A stretch of DNA of 64,000 nt. Origin: Tubulanus polymorphus (taxonomy: Eukaryota > Animalia > Nemertea). The notes under the pieces were generated by a model, which was not told where the DNA came from, did no database searches, and worked only from the letters and a program-made list of their open reading frames with translations. The DNA lies in contig NC_134030.1 in assembly GCF_964204645.1 (NCBI RefSeq), forward strand, positions 20,110,210 through 20,174,209. Direction: 5' to 3'. The translations under genes and the position numbers were made by a program. Positions 13,160-33,159 of the stretch are shown piece after piece. Every line of letters begins with the position of its first letter. Position 1 is the first letter of the stretch.

Positions 13160-14110
13160 ATGAATTCCACTTCGATGCAGATTGGCCGAACTTATCCCAG
13201 CAACATCGTTCTTATGTCTGTTGTGAACAGGTCCGGAATCTACCGTACTGTGTCACTGGTCTTTTTGCCTGTTTGGTTCGTGTTTGGAACCTTCGGAAAT
13301 TCAGCTACTTTTCTGATTATGACTAGTCGTAGATTCCGCGGTTTATCTTACGCTAACTATCTGATTGTTTTGTCTCTCAGCGATTTCACGTTCGGCATCA
13401 ATTATACACTGATGCCTGTTTTACAGTTTGTTCTCTTGCACGTTGACGATGGTCCTATATTCGTGATGAATTCACTGATCATTTGCCAAGTCTACGAATT
13501 TGTGATGGCGCTTGCAAACTGCAATAGTTCGTGTTTGATAATAGTTATAACTCTAGAACGTGCGGCGGTTGTTCTCTTCCCGTTCACATCTCGTTTGATT
13601 TGTACACCGAGATTCGCTAGATTTATCATATTCATAATCACTGCAGTAAATACGTTGATTCTTATTCTTCTGCCCACTGTGTCGATACAACTTGCGGATC
13701 CTTTGTTCGGATGTTATCACACACTAATTGACCAAATCAAATTTTTTAGCTCGATGGTCATCCACGCTTATCTAATACCGTTAATTATGATCATCACGGC
13801 AAATTTGGTCATAATGATTCAGTTATTCAGAGGTTCAAAAATGGTTTCGTCCGATCAGAAAACGACAAAGTCAAAACGTACGACAATAATGCTCGTAACA
13901 GTTTCACTCGCATTTGCAATATTTACACTTCCAACTGCTGTAAGTATATTATTACCAATCTCGGCGGAATTCAAAGATTTTTTATTGGACATTTTCACAC
14001 AATTCCATGTTTGTAACTTTGTGGTAAATTTCTACATATATCTTTTACTGGGACGAGAAATTCGCGAATATTTCTGTATGAAATTCCGCTGTAGAAATTC
14101 AGTCAAATAA
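13160..14110 (+). CDS. Intronless rhodopsin-family (class A) GPCR, invertebrate peptide-receptor-like/chemoreceptor-like
   Basis: ~316 aa, seven hydrophobic segments; GN in TM1 (GTFGN), LSLSD in TM2, Cys at the top of TM3, ERA at the DRY position, FTLP in TM6, VNFYIY at NPxxY; N-glycosylation sites in the N-terminus. Confidence 0.92.
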   Translation: MNSTSMQIGRTYPSNIVLMSVVNRSGIYRTVSLVFLPVWFVFGTFGNSATFLIMTSRRFRGLSYANYLIVLSLSDFTFGINYTLMPVLQFVLLHVDDGPIFVMNSLIICQVYEFVMALANCNSSCLIIVITLERAAVVLFPFTSRLICTPRFARFIIFIITAVNTLILILLPTVSIQLADPLFGCYHTLIDQIKFFSSMVIHAYLIPLIMIITANLVIMIQLFRGSKMVSSDQKTTKSKRTTIMLVTVSLAFAIFTLPTAVSILLPISAEFKDFLLDIFTQFHVCNFVVNFYIYLLLGREIREYFCMKFRCRNSVK

Positions 14111-14945
14111 ACATTGGTTTCTAGTGTGACCCAGTTTATGTATTTCATTCGATCCTACCTTTTCGAATAGAAAACAACTACCTAACCATGTCGTGGAGTA
14201 GAATTTTCATCAAATCTTCTTTATTTTCTTTCTTAACTTCAATTACATATTAGTTAGATAGAGGAACATCATTATTAGTACATTGATTTTGAAATTAAAT
14301 ATTATGCGAATAAATCATTCGCCACGTGGCATCATTTCACAGTATATACTAAACTGAATTAGGAGAGGAGGCAACGGAGAAAAGCCGATTAAGCTTGTGG
14401 GAAGCTGGTCCCTTGACCCGCCTCTAAACTAAATGATCTCAGCCATACGACAAACACTACAAAATAGTGCAGATTCCAAAATATGTCTTTTAGTTTTATC
14501 GCTGCAAGGGTAAATTAATTCAGCATTAGCGAAATCAAAATTATGTGAGGTCTGAAATACATGACTAGCAACTCCGCTTTCGAGGTATCATTTTTGGGCT
14601 TCGAATACATGATTTCCTATCGGTTTGAAATTTGTTTCGAATAGTTGTAGGCAATCACCCGGTAATCCATACTAGCGCGTGTGCAGTGTTGCGCGGATGA
14701 ATAAAGATATGCGGTAAGTACCCATTTAGACTTTGGGCCCAAATTCGTAAAGGTAAACCGCACTGAGCTTCTGTCGTATCTGTGTTTATTTTTATTTTTT
14801 ATTTCCGCATGTTTTACGGGGTTTTCGGCAAATTTCCAGTTTTCAGAATGATTTTCATTTTAACTAAAAGTTCAAAAGCAGCGTGTACCGCCGGAATCCT
14901 AGGGCAGTGTCAATACAAATTGCGAATCGGGTGAAATCAAACGTC

Positions 14946-14947
<2 letters not shown>

Positions 14948-14976
<29 letters not shown>

Positions 14977-15169
14977 TACACTCAACCCGCTAAGCGCCAC
15001 GCAGGGCATTATAAGTGGGTTCGATGTTTCTTTTTCCCAATGGGGAGAGACCAGAGAAGAACCTTCGACCAAGAAACTCTGTCGCCACCAGGGTTTAAAC
15101 CCATAAACCCTGGATTGACGAGACCAGTGACCATTGGCTTAAACCACTCGGCCACTGCGCCTCTCACAT
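14948..15169 (-). mobile_element. tRNA-derived SINE with poly(A) tail and 12-bp target-site duplication
   Basis: Minus strand has A-box TGGCCGAGTGG, B-box-like GGTTTAAACC and an A-tail (T-run ~14945-14977); ATCAAACGTCTT duplicated at 14936-14947 and 15170-15181. Confidence 0.85.
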
Positions 15170-16028
15170 ATCAAACGTCTTACCACTGCGCCATGCGATA
15201 TAAAAATCATGTTCCGATTATTGGAAAGATTGATTCGTCAGATGTCGTTATATAATATCATACAATCATCGTCAGCTTCAGAAGTCTAGGAAGTTTAAAT
15301 TTGGATAATTTAAAAATTGATATTTCAGAAAAATACCGTTACATTTAAACTGTAATTTGTGGAAATATACATGGATACTTTGCTCGTCTAGATATTCTTC
15401 AAAAAATCTATTGCAGGTATTTACTTTGGTACTTAGAAGTCTCTTCTGTCCGATCCGGGAAGATATAATTGTCACTGCACTCTACTGCGGTTCGGTCCCT
15501 GTGTTTTCTAGAATAATTTGTCAGAATGTTATCGTTGCAAATTGTCGGCTAGGCTAAAGTATCGCCGTATCTGCTAAAATTATGGTTCTAAAGTTTGTTT
15601 TATTAAAAAGGGATATTTCACTGTGAGGATATCTCAAAGTAATCATAAAAACGAATCACAGACACGTCCTTTTTCGCGAATCAAGTGTTTTATTTTTCAA
15701 AAGATTCTGATGATTATGGAATTCGATAGCGACAATCCACGGTGAAGCCTCAAATCGTGATTTAACTGATCCCTAGTTTTCATTTTTGACTCGAGACTCA
15801 AAAAATATCAAAACAGAACATTTTCTAACCGAGAGTTTTCTACGACCTGAGAACATTGAAACTTGTGATCCATTGTTTTTAAATGCTTGGAATTAATGTT
15901 TGAAAAAATTCGACTGAGTGAAAATTGAAATTTGAGTGGAAAGGTTCGTCGTAATAATTGTTACAGGAATGTACACTTAACTCGCTACAGGTAATACATA
16001 TATGTATCGATAGTTGTAATAAATGCGA

Positions 16029-19000
16029 TCATTTGCCGCCCCCTCCGCTTCCTCCTACTATGGCACGGCACTCGCCGTTAGCTGGGCATTCGCACGAACG
16101 GACCTCATGTACCCCGTTATTGTGACGGTTGTCATTGGTACAGCAGCGCTGCTCGGTACCACACAGTTGTCTTGATTTAATGCATGTGCTTGCCTCGACC
16201 CACTTCTGGCAATCCTTTTCCCAAGCGGTACAAGCGATCCTGGAAAATAGACCATAAAACGGTTTCAATTCCAACGCCGATGTTCTAATTCAAGCGTTTA
16301 CACATAAAACAGAAGACGTATGCCTTTAGCTAATTAGTAATGATATTAATGATAACATTTATTTTATATAGCGGTTTTTATATTTTATATTAGTGGTTCT
16401 TAATACGTGTATTTTCCGTAATAACGAAAACGTCGCCTTACTCGGACAAGCCAACTTTAGACTAAGCCTGACCAGAATTAATTTTTCTCACTTCCTAACG
16501 TATTTTCCTACCCTAAACTCGAATTAGTTTTGCCGGTGTCAGTTTGACTAGACGCGGTTTGCTGTACTCATTGACACGATGCACTTGCAGTTGAAATATG
16601 AAATTATCTGCCGCTATGTATTTTAAGGCTGGACACCAAATTATTATTTCGATTTAATGCATTGGCTTTCCTCAATGTACACACACTAAGTTGAAAAAGC
16701 GTTACAAGCGACCCGGAAATAAACAAAATATCTAACGAAAAACGGTTGAAGTCCCCGACATGGACGCGACTATTCCAATGAGCGCACGGTGTACTCAAGA
16801 CAAAACATGCCTCTTTTTAAGCTGTCTAGCGGTGGTCCTTGATAAGTGTATATTACTTATTTTCTTGATGGAGCCAGTGATACTATAGATATTATGTAGA
16901 CGAGGACTGTTATTGCAGTTTTTCATTATGTGCTTTTGGCTTTTACCTGGCTAACAGCCGACTGTATGACTAGCCCATATTTTAGATGTACCCTTTCTTA
17001 AGCTGAAAATGCATCTAATGTTTTGTTACTTACTTAGAAACGTCAATGAACGCCACGATAATCAGGTTCATCACCAGGATACCTATAATAGTAATAGAGT
17101 TGTATCTAAATCTCAAGTGCTAAGGCAGTTGACTGCAAAGTGCAAACATCGATTGAAATGGAGTGGACTCAGTAGTTGAGACTTGTAAAATATTCTAGCC
17201 CGAGATAGTGTCCAATACCGAGTAAGAGTTTACGAAATACAGTGGACTGTTTTTTACTGAGGTAAAGTTCGGACAGGTAAAATTCTACTCGGCGTTGCTG
17301 TCAAATATACCGAGTAAGGGTTTGTGAAATACAGAAGACTCTGTCTCTTACTGCGGTAAAGTTGAGACTGGTAAAATTCTACCCCGAGTTGGTGTCAAAT
17401 AACTGACTAAGAGTTTGTGAAATACAGTAGCCTCTGTCTCTTACTGCGGTAAAGTTGAGACCAGTGAAATTCTACCCCGAGTTGGTGTCAAATACTGACT
17501 AAGAGTTTGTGAAATACAGTAGACTCTGTCTCTTACTGCGGTAAAGTTGAGACCGGTGAAATTCTACCCCGAGTTGGTGTCAAATACTGACTAAGAGTTT
17601 GTGAAATACAGTAGACTCGGTCTCTTACTGCGGTAAAGTTGAGACCGGTATAATTCTACCCCGAGTTGGTGTCAAATACTGAGTAAGAGTTTGTGAAATA
17701 CAGTAGACTCTGTCTCTTACTGCGGTAAAGTTGAGACCGGTAAAATTCTACCCCGAGTTGGTGTCAAATACTGACTAAGAGTTTGTGAAATACAGTAGAC
17801 TCGGTCTCTTACTGCGGTAAAGTTGAGACCGGTGAAATTCTACCCCGAGTTGGTGTCAAATACTGACTAAGAGTTTGTGAAATACAGTAGACTCTGTCTC
17901 TTACTGCGGTAAAGTTGAGACCGGTGAAATTCTACCCCGAGTTGGTGTCAAATACTGACTAAGAGTTTGTGAAATACAGTAGACTCTGTCTCTTACTGCG
18001 GTAAAGTTGAGACCGGTAAAATTCTACCCCGAGTTGGTGTCAAATACTGAGTAAGAGTTTGTGAAATACAGTAGACTCTCTCTGATGAAAATTGATTAGA
18101 AAGTATAGTATTCAGTACAGTAGAAAAATAAGCCTTCTGACACCAAAGAAATTCATAGCCTATAGTCAATGAAGTCTCCCGTAACTATTTTAAAATGACC
18201 CGGAAAATAACACAGACACTCTATCTCCAGTTAGAATAGCAGAAAAATTATGTAAAATCAAGTCAGTCGTTTACAGAATTTCAAAGTCAACCAATATATA
18301 ATAGAAAGTAAAATGAATTCAGCGAAATCTTGATCAAAGCACGTTTCGAGTGTTATTATGGATTTACGGGTGGAACAATTTCCACGCTGTCTCTTTCTGC
18401 GGTCAAGTTGAAACTGATAAAAATCTACCTTGAGTTGGTGTCAAATGCTGAGTAAGAGTTTGTGAAATACAGTAGATACTGTTTCGCACTGGAGATGAGA
18501 AATAATCAACAAATTCTGCCCTGAGTTGGTGTCAAATACTGAGAAAGAGTTTGTGAAATACAGTAGATACTGTTTCGCATTGGAGTTGAGAAATAATCAA
18601 CAAATTCTGCCCTGAGTTGGTGTCAAATACTGAGTAAGAGTTTGTGAAATACAGTAGATACTGTTTCGCATTGGAGTTGAGAAATAATCAACAAATTCTG
18701 CCCTGAGTTGGTGTCAAATACTGAGTAAGAGTTTGTGAAATACAGTAGATACTGTTTCGCACTGGAGTTGAGAAATAATCAACAAATTCTGCCCTGAGTT
18801 GGTGTCAAATACTGAGTAAGAGTTTGTGAAATACAGTAGATACTGTTTCGCATTGGAGTTGAGAAATAATCAAAAAATTCTGCCCTGAGTTGGTGTCAAA
18901 TACTGAGTAAGAGTTTGTGAAATACAGTAGATACTGTTTCGCACTGGAGATGAGAAATAATCAACAAATTCTGCCCTGAGTTGGTGTTAAATACTGAGTA

Positions 19001-19120
19001 AAACTTTTTGAAATACAACAGATCCTGGGAACAAAATCTTCTATTTTGTATGGAGTTCGAAAACCTGCGATCAAAATGTTCTTATCGTAGAATTAGAAAC
19101 TTACCGCAAGCGAGCTTCAT
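16029..19120 (-). CDS. Secreted 8-Cys knottin/ICK-like peptide, copy 2; exons 19120-19105, 17082-17034, 16239-16029 (91 aa)
   Basis: MKLACGILVMNLIIVAFIDVSKIAC-TAWEKDCQKWVEASTCIKSRQLCGTEQRCCTNDNRHNNGVHEVRSCECPANGECRAIVGGSGGGGK*; canonical splice sites; C-terminal GK amidation-type end. Confidence 0.88.
16604..16713 (-). pseudogene. Dead duplicate of the mature-peptide exon inside intron 2 of peptide gene 2
   Basis: VACNAFST*CVYIEESQCIKSK*...SGR*; acceptor AG lost, in-frame stops, internal deletion. Confidence 0.8.
17200..19020. repeat. 92-bp minisatellite (17200-18080) plus a 91-bp variant array (18420-19020) in intron 1 of peptide gene 2
   Basis: Same unit as 8131-8915; the variant has the second half GATACTGTTTCGCATTGGAGTTGAGAAATAATCAACAAATTCTGCCCT. 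Confidence 0.95.
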
Positions 19121-19587
19121 GTTGAAATTGATGGTTTTCTCTTCTTTCGTTCGATACTGATTCAATTGTCGAGTTGATCTCAAACAATATACATTTCCGC
19201 ACTATAGTTTAAATAGACGTATAACAAAAAGATCGATGATTAATTCCCCTATCGCCACGTTATGACAGGTGCACGAACCGATCTGACGGAATATTTAGCG
19301 TCACCCGAGGCTTAATATTTTTGAATCCCGATGACAGGTGCAAAGCTATAGAATATTCATTTTTCATACATAATACATAGTTAAATAATAATTCTTTTCT
19401 CAAATTTATATTCGCCTATGAAGTAATGGAAAATGTACCGTCAACAACAAGAAGATGTTACCAGTCCCAGATTACACTCATCACTCTGAATCACTCATTC
19501 ACACTAATGGTACTCGCAACTGAAATCTTTTTTCGGACGCTTTTGACGAATTGTCAGCAATCCCTAAAACTAGCATTGTCCGTTTTA

Positions 19588-19943
19588 CCATAGAACTATA
19601 AGCGAAAGGGAAGGCCAACTCCGTGACGTCACTATATATTTGCCTTTGCTATCTTCGAAATTGGTCAGCGCCCTCACCGCTGGCGATAAACAATAGGTTC
19701 TCGGAAATATTTTCGATTATATTAATCTCCGCGAGCATCGAACATTACTGTTTTTCAAGATTTGGTATTAAGACTTAAACAAATTAATGAAAAACGCTAA
19801 ATTAAGAATAGAGACCGGCAACCAGTCTACAACAACTATTGTTTATCGCCACCGGTGAGGGCGCTGAACAAAGCACAAGATTACTAGCGGTGCCTAGCGG
19901 ATTTTTGAGCAGTCGGGCTTCCCATTCGCTTATAGTTCCATGG
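19588..19943. mobile_element. MITE (TIR CCATAGAACTATAAGCGAA / TTCGCTTATAGTTCCATGG) with an internal inverted repeat
   Basis: TIRs; inner IR CAGCGCCCTCACCG..GCGATAAACAATAG; TTTTA on both flanks. Confidence 0.8.
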
Positions 19944-20584
19944 TTTTACAATCGTATGGATCACTAACTACCTCCCAAAACCGTACTCTACCGGTACATA
20001 TAGCAATGCCAGTCACTACATCAAGTTCCAATGCCGAAAACCCGCAATCGCTGCTTTGCGTCCATATTTGATCTTCAAATACGAAACGATCCCCTGTTTC
20101 TAACTAGATTCTGCTAGATTCGGTATTTTCGATAAAGACTTGTTTCATATTCGTGAAATATTTCCTCCTCCGGCAGTTTTGAAAAATCGAGTTATCGCCG
20201 AACAAAAGACTCTGAATTCAATGGAATGTTTATTTTCACACACGTTACGGCTACGACAGAAATGACAAGGAAATATCCGCAGTAGAAAATATCAAACACC
20301 GTAATTTTACCGCTATAGTTTGTCAATTGCTTACTCTGTACTTTACTATTGTTTTCCGGTCTTTGTTTTTGATTACTTTAATATCTGTATTCAACTTTAA
20401 ATAACTCTCTAAAAAGTTCCTTTGTTACATTCCTGTATGAATATCTTGTCAGTCCATTCTGATTCAGTACGTCTAATGATGGGTAATAGTTTTTAGCCGA
20501 AACGTTTCTCAAAACATTGCCATTCAAGAACTTTGCATTTTTTGCTTCATTATTGTGGGATTTCTCGCGTTATTTATCTAATAC

Positions 20585-21430
20585 GGAGTAAGAGCTTTTT
20601 AAATACAGAAGACTCAGTCTCTTACTGCGGCCGTGTTAAAACTGGTAAAATTCTATCGACAGTTGTTGTCAAATCCTGAGTTAGAGTGGTGAAATACAGT
20701 AGACTCTCCCTCTCCCTCTCCCTCTCCCTCTCCCTCTCCCTCTCCCTCTCCCTCTCCCTCTCCCTCTCCCTCTCCCTCTCCCTCTCCCTCTCCCTCTCCC
20801 TCTCCCTCTCCCTCTCCCTCTCCCTCTCCCTCTCCCTCTCCCCTAAAATTCTACCCCAAGTTGTTGTCAAGAGTAAGCGTTTGTGAAATACTGTAGACTT
20901 TGTCTCTTACTGCGGTTAAGTTGAGACTGGTAAAATTCTACCCCGAGTTGGTGTCAAATACTGAGTAAGAGTTTGTGAAATACAGTAGACTCTGTCTCTT
21001 ACTGTGGTTAGGTTAAGACTGGTAAAATTCTACCCAAAGTTGTTGTCAAGAGTGAGAGTTGTGAAATACAGTTGACTTTGTCTCTTACTGCGGTTAAGTT
21101 GAGACTGGTAAAATTCTACCACGAGTTGGTGTCAAATACTGAGTAAGAGTTTGTGAAATACAGTAGACTCTGCTGCGGTAACGTTAAGTTTGTTGAAAAA
21201 CTCTGCCCCGATTCAACGTCAAATACTGACTTAGGGTGTGAAATATACCATACTGTCCTCCTACTGCGTCGAGACTGGGAGAATTCCACCCCGAGTTGGT
21301 GTCGAGCACTTTGTAAAGTTTTTGTATAACTCGAAGATAATGCATTGGACGTTGTCTCCTACTGCGGCGAAGATGAGACCAACGAAATTCTACCATTCTA
21401 TTATTCGGTATCAAATACTGAGTAATAATT
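20585..21430. repeat. Degenerate 92-bp minisatellite array interrupted by (CTCTCC)n (20704-20843)
   Basis: Repeat unit recognisable; the hexamer run explains the ER/SL ORFs. Confidence 0.9.
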
Positions 21431-21840
21431 GATAATATCGTAAAATGTATATAGAAGTATATACAGAGTATAGCGTCACTAATATCAAGTGATGTACACT
21501 GACAATTCACCTGTTTATGATTGACGTAAAGTTCTGATTCGCAAATCGATCTAAAATATCGATCATTGATTATAGGTAGATACACATGTACATTATATAT
21601 TCGCTTCTAAATTTCTAAGTTACCGTTTATATTTAACACGTTGAAAACCAACCGTGAATCTCAGTGTATTGTGTTTGATTTCTGAGAGTTGATTCATTAT
21701 TCAGTGAAACGATATGAGAAGTTGTCGATTTCGCTACGATAATCTGAGTGAAACGATTTAGTTGTATATATTTGACGACGAAGTATCTCTCTTTTATATC
21801 TTACGTTTTGATTTAGTTTTGACTAACAGCCATCATCATT

Positions 21841-21882
21841 CCACCTGATGATGGCTGTTCGTCAACAGCCGAAACGTTGTGG
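21841..21882 (+). ncRNA. Minimal type I hammerhead ribozyme (Penelope-like terminus)
   Basis: CCAC-CTGATGA-T-GGCTGTT(CGTC)AACAGCC-GAAA-CGTT-GTGG: perfect stems I and II. Confidence 0.75.
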
Positions 21883-22599
21883 TTTCGTAATAATAAATTT
21901 GATCGTATAATTTTAAATTCGAAGTGTGGGATTTCTTCATTTATATCCGATGATTTGTCAAAATGTACACGGATGCTTAGTTCGTCTCGACGTTCATCGA
22001 ACAACTTGCGGTGAAATTTACCTTATGTACTTAAGTGTTTTCTGTCCGATCCGGCAAAATGTAATAATTGTCACTGCGACCAGTGCTTTCCAAAATAATC
22101 TGGAGAATTTTACAGTCACAAATTGTCGTTTCGGCTAAAGTGCATATTCTTATCGTATCATTTCAGCTAAACTGATATTTCTAAGATTTTTGTTCATAAA
22201 CCTGGTAAACATTGACAAATCGTGTCATGTTTCACTAATCAAGTACTTTTATTTTTTAGAAGATTCTTTATAAATCGATTGTAATTTTGTGACCTGGTGA
22301 GGCCGGGGAATTCGATAGCGAATTTCATCCAGTTTCCCGGTAAAGACAACTGATTAAATGTGTACGCTTGTCAATTTCGAGACGCAAAATATCGAAAAAG
22401 AACAAATCGTATATACGACATAGGAACGGTGGAACTTGGAATCTGCGGTTTACAAATACTAAGTAGAATCCACATTTCGTGTTAAAAGTTTGATTATGCG
22501 CAAATTGAAATTTTTGATTTAATAGATACTAACTCTGGGAAGGCATTGCCGTATTGTCAGAGAAATATATACTTGACTCGCTGCAGTTGAAACATAGAA

Positions 22600-23681
22600 T
22601 TATCTGCGGCCTGATCCTGCTATGACTGGACATTTTTCGTCGGATGGGCATGCGCAAGACCAGATGTAGACTACCCCATCGATGTCTGTGGTTTGATTGG
22701 TACAGCAGCGGTCCCCGTTAGTACATGGTTCTCTGCTTTTAAGGCACTTGCTTTCTTCGATGTACTCGCAATCATCAGTAGCGTTACAAGCGATCCTGAA
22801 AATGTTATTGAGATACAGAATTATAATGATTATAACGACAAACTGTTTAAATCCACCGAGCACATGGATGCGAATAGTCTAAGAAGAGTGTGATAATGAG
22901 GACAACAACCTTTGGTTAAAGCCAGCAGTATTGAATAAGTGATATCTCCTATTTTCTTGATGGAGCCAGTAATACCGTTATTATTATTATTATTATTATT
23001 ATCATTATTATTATTAGTAGGAGTAGTATTACTACAATATCTCTTTTGTACACAATTGCACCAATAATGAACTATACACAGGGTTTCAGTGCCTTAATTT
23101 TTAAGTACAGCCTTTCGGCTCGCATTGTATCCCTCGAAACCTACATCATGTATTTATGAGTAAAAGAAATTATATCATCATATTGTATGTGCGGTTTTCG
23201 AAAAATAAATATCTAATATAATCTAATATACTATAGAAATTATGTTGGTAAACACTAAATGCATTGTCTAACATTGTATATTGGATTTTGGATTTTACCT
23301 GCGGCCCACGGGCAACTTGCCAATGTTAAAGTTTCACCCTTTCCTATGTTATGTATCTATCTTAAGTTTTGTTACTTACTTAGAAACGTCAATGAACGCC
23401 ACGAGAATAAGGTTCACCACTAAAATAGCTGCAATAGAATATTGTATCTAAATCTCAAATCCAACGACGACGTGTTGAAAACAGATCAGTGGTTTTCGAA
23501 AAACAGTAGACTCGGTCTCATACTGCTGTTAGGTTGAAAACTGGAAAAATTCTTCCCTGAGTTGGTGTCAAATACTGAGAAAGAGTTTGTGAAATACCCA
23601 GTAGACTCTGTCTCTTACTGCGGGGAGGCTGAGAGAAGTATTCTATAGTAGAATTAGAAACTTACCGCAAGCGAGCTTCAT
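22600..23681 (-). CDS. Secreted 8-Cys knottin/ICK-like peptide, copy 3; exons 23681-23666, 23428-23380, 22795-22600 (86 aa)
   Basis: MKLACAILVVNLILVAFIDVSKIAC-NATDDCEYIEESKCLKSREPCTNGDRCCTNQTTDIDGVVYIWSCACPSDEKCPVIAGSGRR*; canonical splice sites; GRR amidation/cleavage end. Confidence 0.9.
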
Positions 23682-24219
23682 GTTGAAATCAATGGTTATC
23701 TCTTCTGTCGTTTGATACCGATTGAATTGTCGAGTTGATCTCAAACAATATGCATTCCCGCACTATAGTTTAAATAGACGTATAACAAAAGATCGATGAT
23801 TAATTTCTCTATCGCCACGTTATGACAGGTACACGAACCGATCTGACGGAATATTCAGCGTCAACCCGAAGCTGAATATAATGTACTGATCTCAGTGCAT
23901 TAACCGCTTGAAATTGATATGCGTATTAAGTTCAGTCTACTCTCGAGTATCCGCCCTGCAATTAATCGCCATTCTCGCTGTTCACAAAATACCTTTTTTG
24001 CCATAATAAAGTTTAACATCAAATATACCAATACAAGAATATCCAGTATATACACTAGCAAAGCGTCAATCTGACATTTTATGCTGTGTTAAATATAAGT
24101 ATTTCAATAAAATATATCGGCGCGATATACTGAAATATAATAAATACAACAGTGTTAGTTATGTTAGTTACGGATTAAGGTGGTTTTCTGTGCACGTGTT
24201 TCGAGGGACAGGGTAAATA

Positions 24220-24490
24220 TTCATTACATATTATTCAAATTGTTCCGAATGAAGTTGGCAGTGTTTGAAATCAATTGACATTTTTGTTCGAAGTTGAGAT
24301 TAAAATACATGTCTTCATAGGTCTTCGAAGAAACTACACTCCAAACATCAACATGATACTCATCACCGATTTTGTTTAGGTTACATTTGGTACAAATTTG
24401 TTCTTCTCTCGGGTGTATTTACGTATCTGCCTGTTTCGATAGGTAAGGCATGATTCGAGCGTCGGTATTTTATCATTGTCATTCCCAGAT
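24220..24490 (-). mobile_element. Degenerate LINE ORF2 C-terminal fragment
   Basis: IKYRRSNHALPIETGRY...ICTKCNLNKIGDEYH; homologous to the 63419 ORF. Confidence 0.75.
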
Positions 24491-24749
24491 TAGGGGTAAG
24501 TGTAGGGGTAAGTAAGGGGTATTACCCCCTAGTTTGTCTCTGCCTTTAAATCATTCGGGCTTTGTTTTTGAATCTTGTAAATTACTTCAACTTCAATATT
24601 ACCCCCTTTTTCCGTTCTTCGTTTTCTTCTATTGTTTTCCGGTTTTTGTTCTTGAATTACTTTTATCCGTATTCTCCCTTCAACAGTTCAATCGCTCACT
24701 TAGTCCTTTTGTCTGAATCTTGCATTGATATTCTGTTAACTCTTTTCTG

Positions 24750-24875
24750 TTCTCAGTACGCCTGATGATGGCCGATAGTATTTAGCCGAAACGTCGCTCG
24801 AAATATGTACCATATTACTATAGAACTTATCATTTTAGGCTGAATTTGTTGTCGGATTTGTCTCGTTATTCTTAT
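24750..24875 (+). mobile_element. Penelope-like terminus with degenerate hammerhead motif
   Basis: TCTCAGTACGCCTGATGATGGC...GCCGAAACGTCGCTC; same family as 43740-43857 and 20460-20575. Confidence 0.6.
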
Positions 24876-26672
24876 ACGCGGATATTTTGGATCTTGTCGA
24901 CGTAGGAGAATTCCACGGTGCTGCGTTTAAAAAATCCTTCGCTGCCATTGATATATTTACTGATGAGCATGTTCGACAAGACGGATCGGGTGAAATATAT
25001 GCAAAATCAAAAATAACAAAACTGGGCCTACATTATGATAATTATATCAATAATCATTTCATCATCAATTAGCAAATACAAAATTACAGATAGAATACTG
25101 GACAGAATTTGTAGATTGATGATAGGGACCTGAACAGAGCCTTAAAGGCTGTACAATCAAGGAAATTCAGGCCCTTTGAGATGAAAAGGGTTAATGATAT
25201 GTTGATAATAGACGTGCCTGCAAAAAGATATGCCAGCCATGTGTTTTCAAGAATAGCATCAAAAATGTTTCACATGAAGTACCGTCAACCGTCTTAAATA
25301 GAAAACGTATCTAAAAGCATACTTTAAGTGACTCAACTTCGATTTCGACAAGTGAAATGCATGTTCTCGAAACAAATTGTCCCCAACGCGCAAAATTAAA
25401 AAGGTTAAACTCTAAGTGTGTATTGGTTGTGCTGAAATAATTTTCCATGTAAGATACGACTTGATGATATTTTGATACCATTTTTTATGAGTACGATTCT
25501 CGAGATGGTATGAAATAAAGTATTTTATCCAGAAATCAACTTGTGTGCGTAATATCTATCCACTGTTCTACCGAATAATTCACGGCTAACACCCCAACAA
25601 ATAAACCATTTTATACAGTTGCTAGCCGCCATTTGGTTAGAGTTCTTTTGTCCTGTATTGTTGGATCATTTTTTCTCCTTCTTAAAAACTATTTGTGACG
25701 CGTGGCTTATCATATTTCATTGGTCCATAGTATCGATGAATTTTGACAGTTTTAGCAGCATTCAAATCGCGTGAATCTCCAGCTTTCATTTATGCAAAAA
25801 TCATTTCAAATTTGCAATAATAGACACGAGAGTGATATAGAAATCAGTTGTTGCCGCGTGCGTAAAAATTCGGGGCACTGAACTTTGAAGTTCGTTATTT
25901 TCAGAAATAATTTCCAAAAGAATTTTAACATTTCAGGAAGCGTGCCGCATAAACATATGCGTCACCAGAGAGTCTCCGTGGGTTTTGATGTTAAAATTAT
26001 GCTTCGCCAACAGGGCATCTTTTGGGTTTTGTAGTATTTAAGTATTGCTTAAGTTGAAAATGCTGTGTCAAATACGGAGTAAGAGTTTGTGAAATGCAAT
26101 AGACTCTGGCTTTTACTGCGGTGAAGTTGAGCCGTATGAATTGGAATGTAGGTTGTACGTTGTTTGAAATAGAAACTGCACCCGCTAAGTTTTTAGATGT
26201 TGATATTAATAGACTAATTAAGGGGTATATTCAATAGTTTTTATCGGTGCGTAAAAATTACATTATATATATATACTAAAGAGAGATGTAGAAAATATAA
26301 AACCTATATCAATATCAAAACTGGGGTTTTATAGATTTTTCAGCGTATTGCAAATAGTTCCTAAATAAAAATGTATTGCGTAAGGACTGGTTCTAGGTGA
26401 TCTCATTTCGAACGTGCTGGGAAATAAAGGATAATTTTGTTCACTGGAAGTTCGCCCTTTTTTAAGATACACGCGCATCAGCTAATCGGCGCTGAATCAG
26501 AACAATCCGAAATGACTGAATATTTTTCCTTTATTGATCGACCTCGTGCTTAAATAAAGCTTGTCCTTTATTTTCAAGGAGGCAAAATTTTCAGGATCAA
26601 AAAGAAAAGGTACAAGAACGAGGCCAATATACTCGTTTATTATCAATCCACATCGAAAGCCGAATGACCTGT

Positions 26673-33159
<6,487 letters not shown>

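Noticed and set aside
20622-20886. ER- and SL-repeat ORFs
   Set aside because: Translation of (CTCTCC)n.
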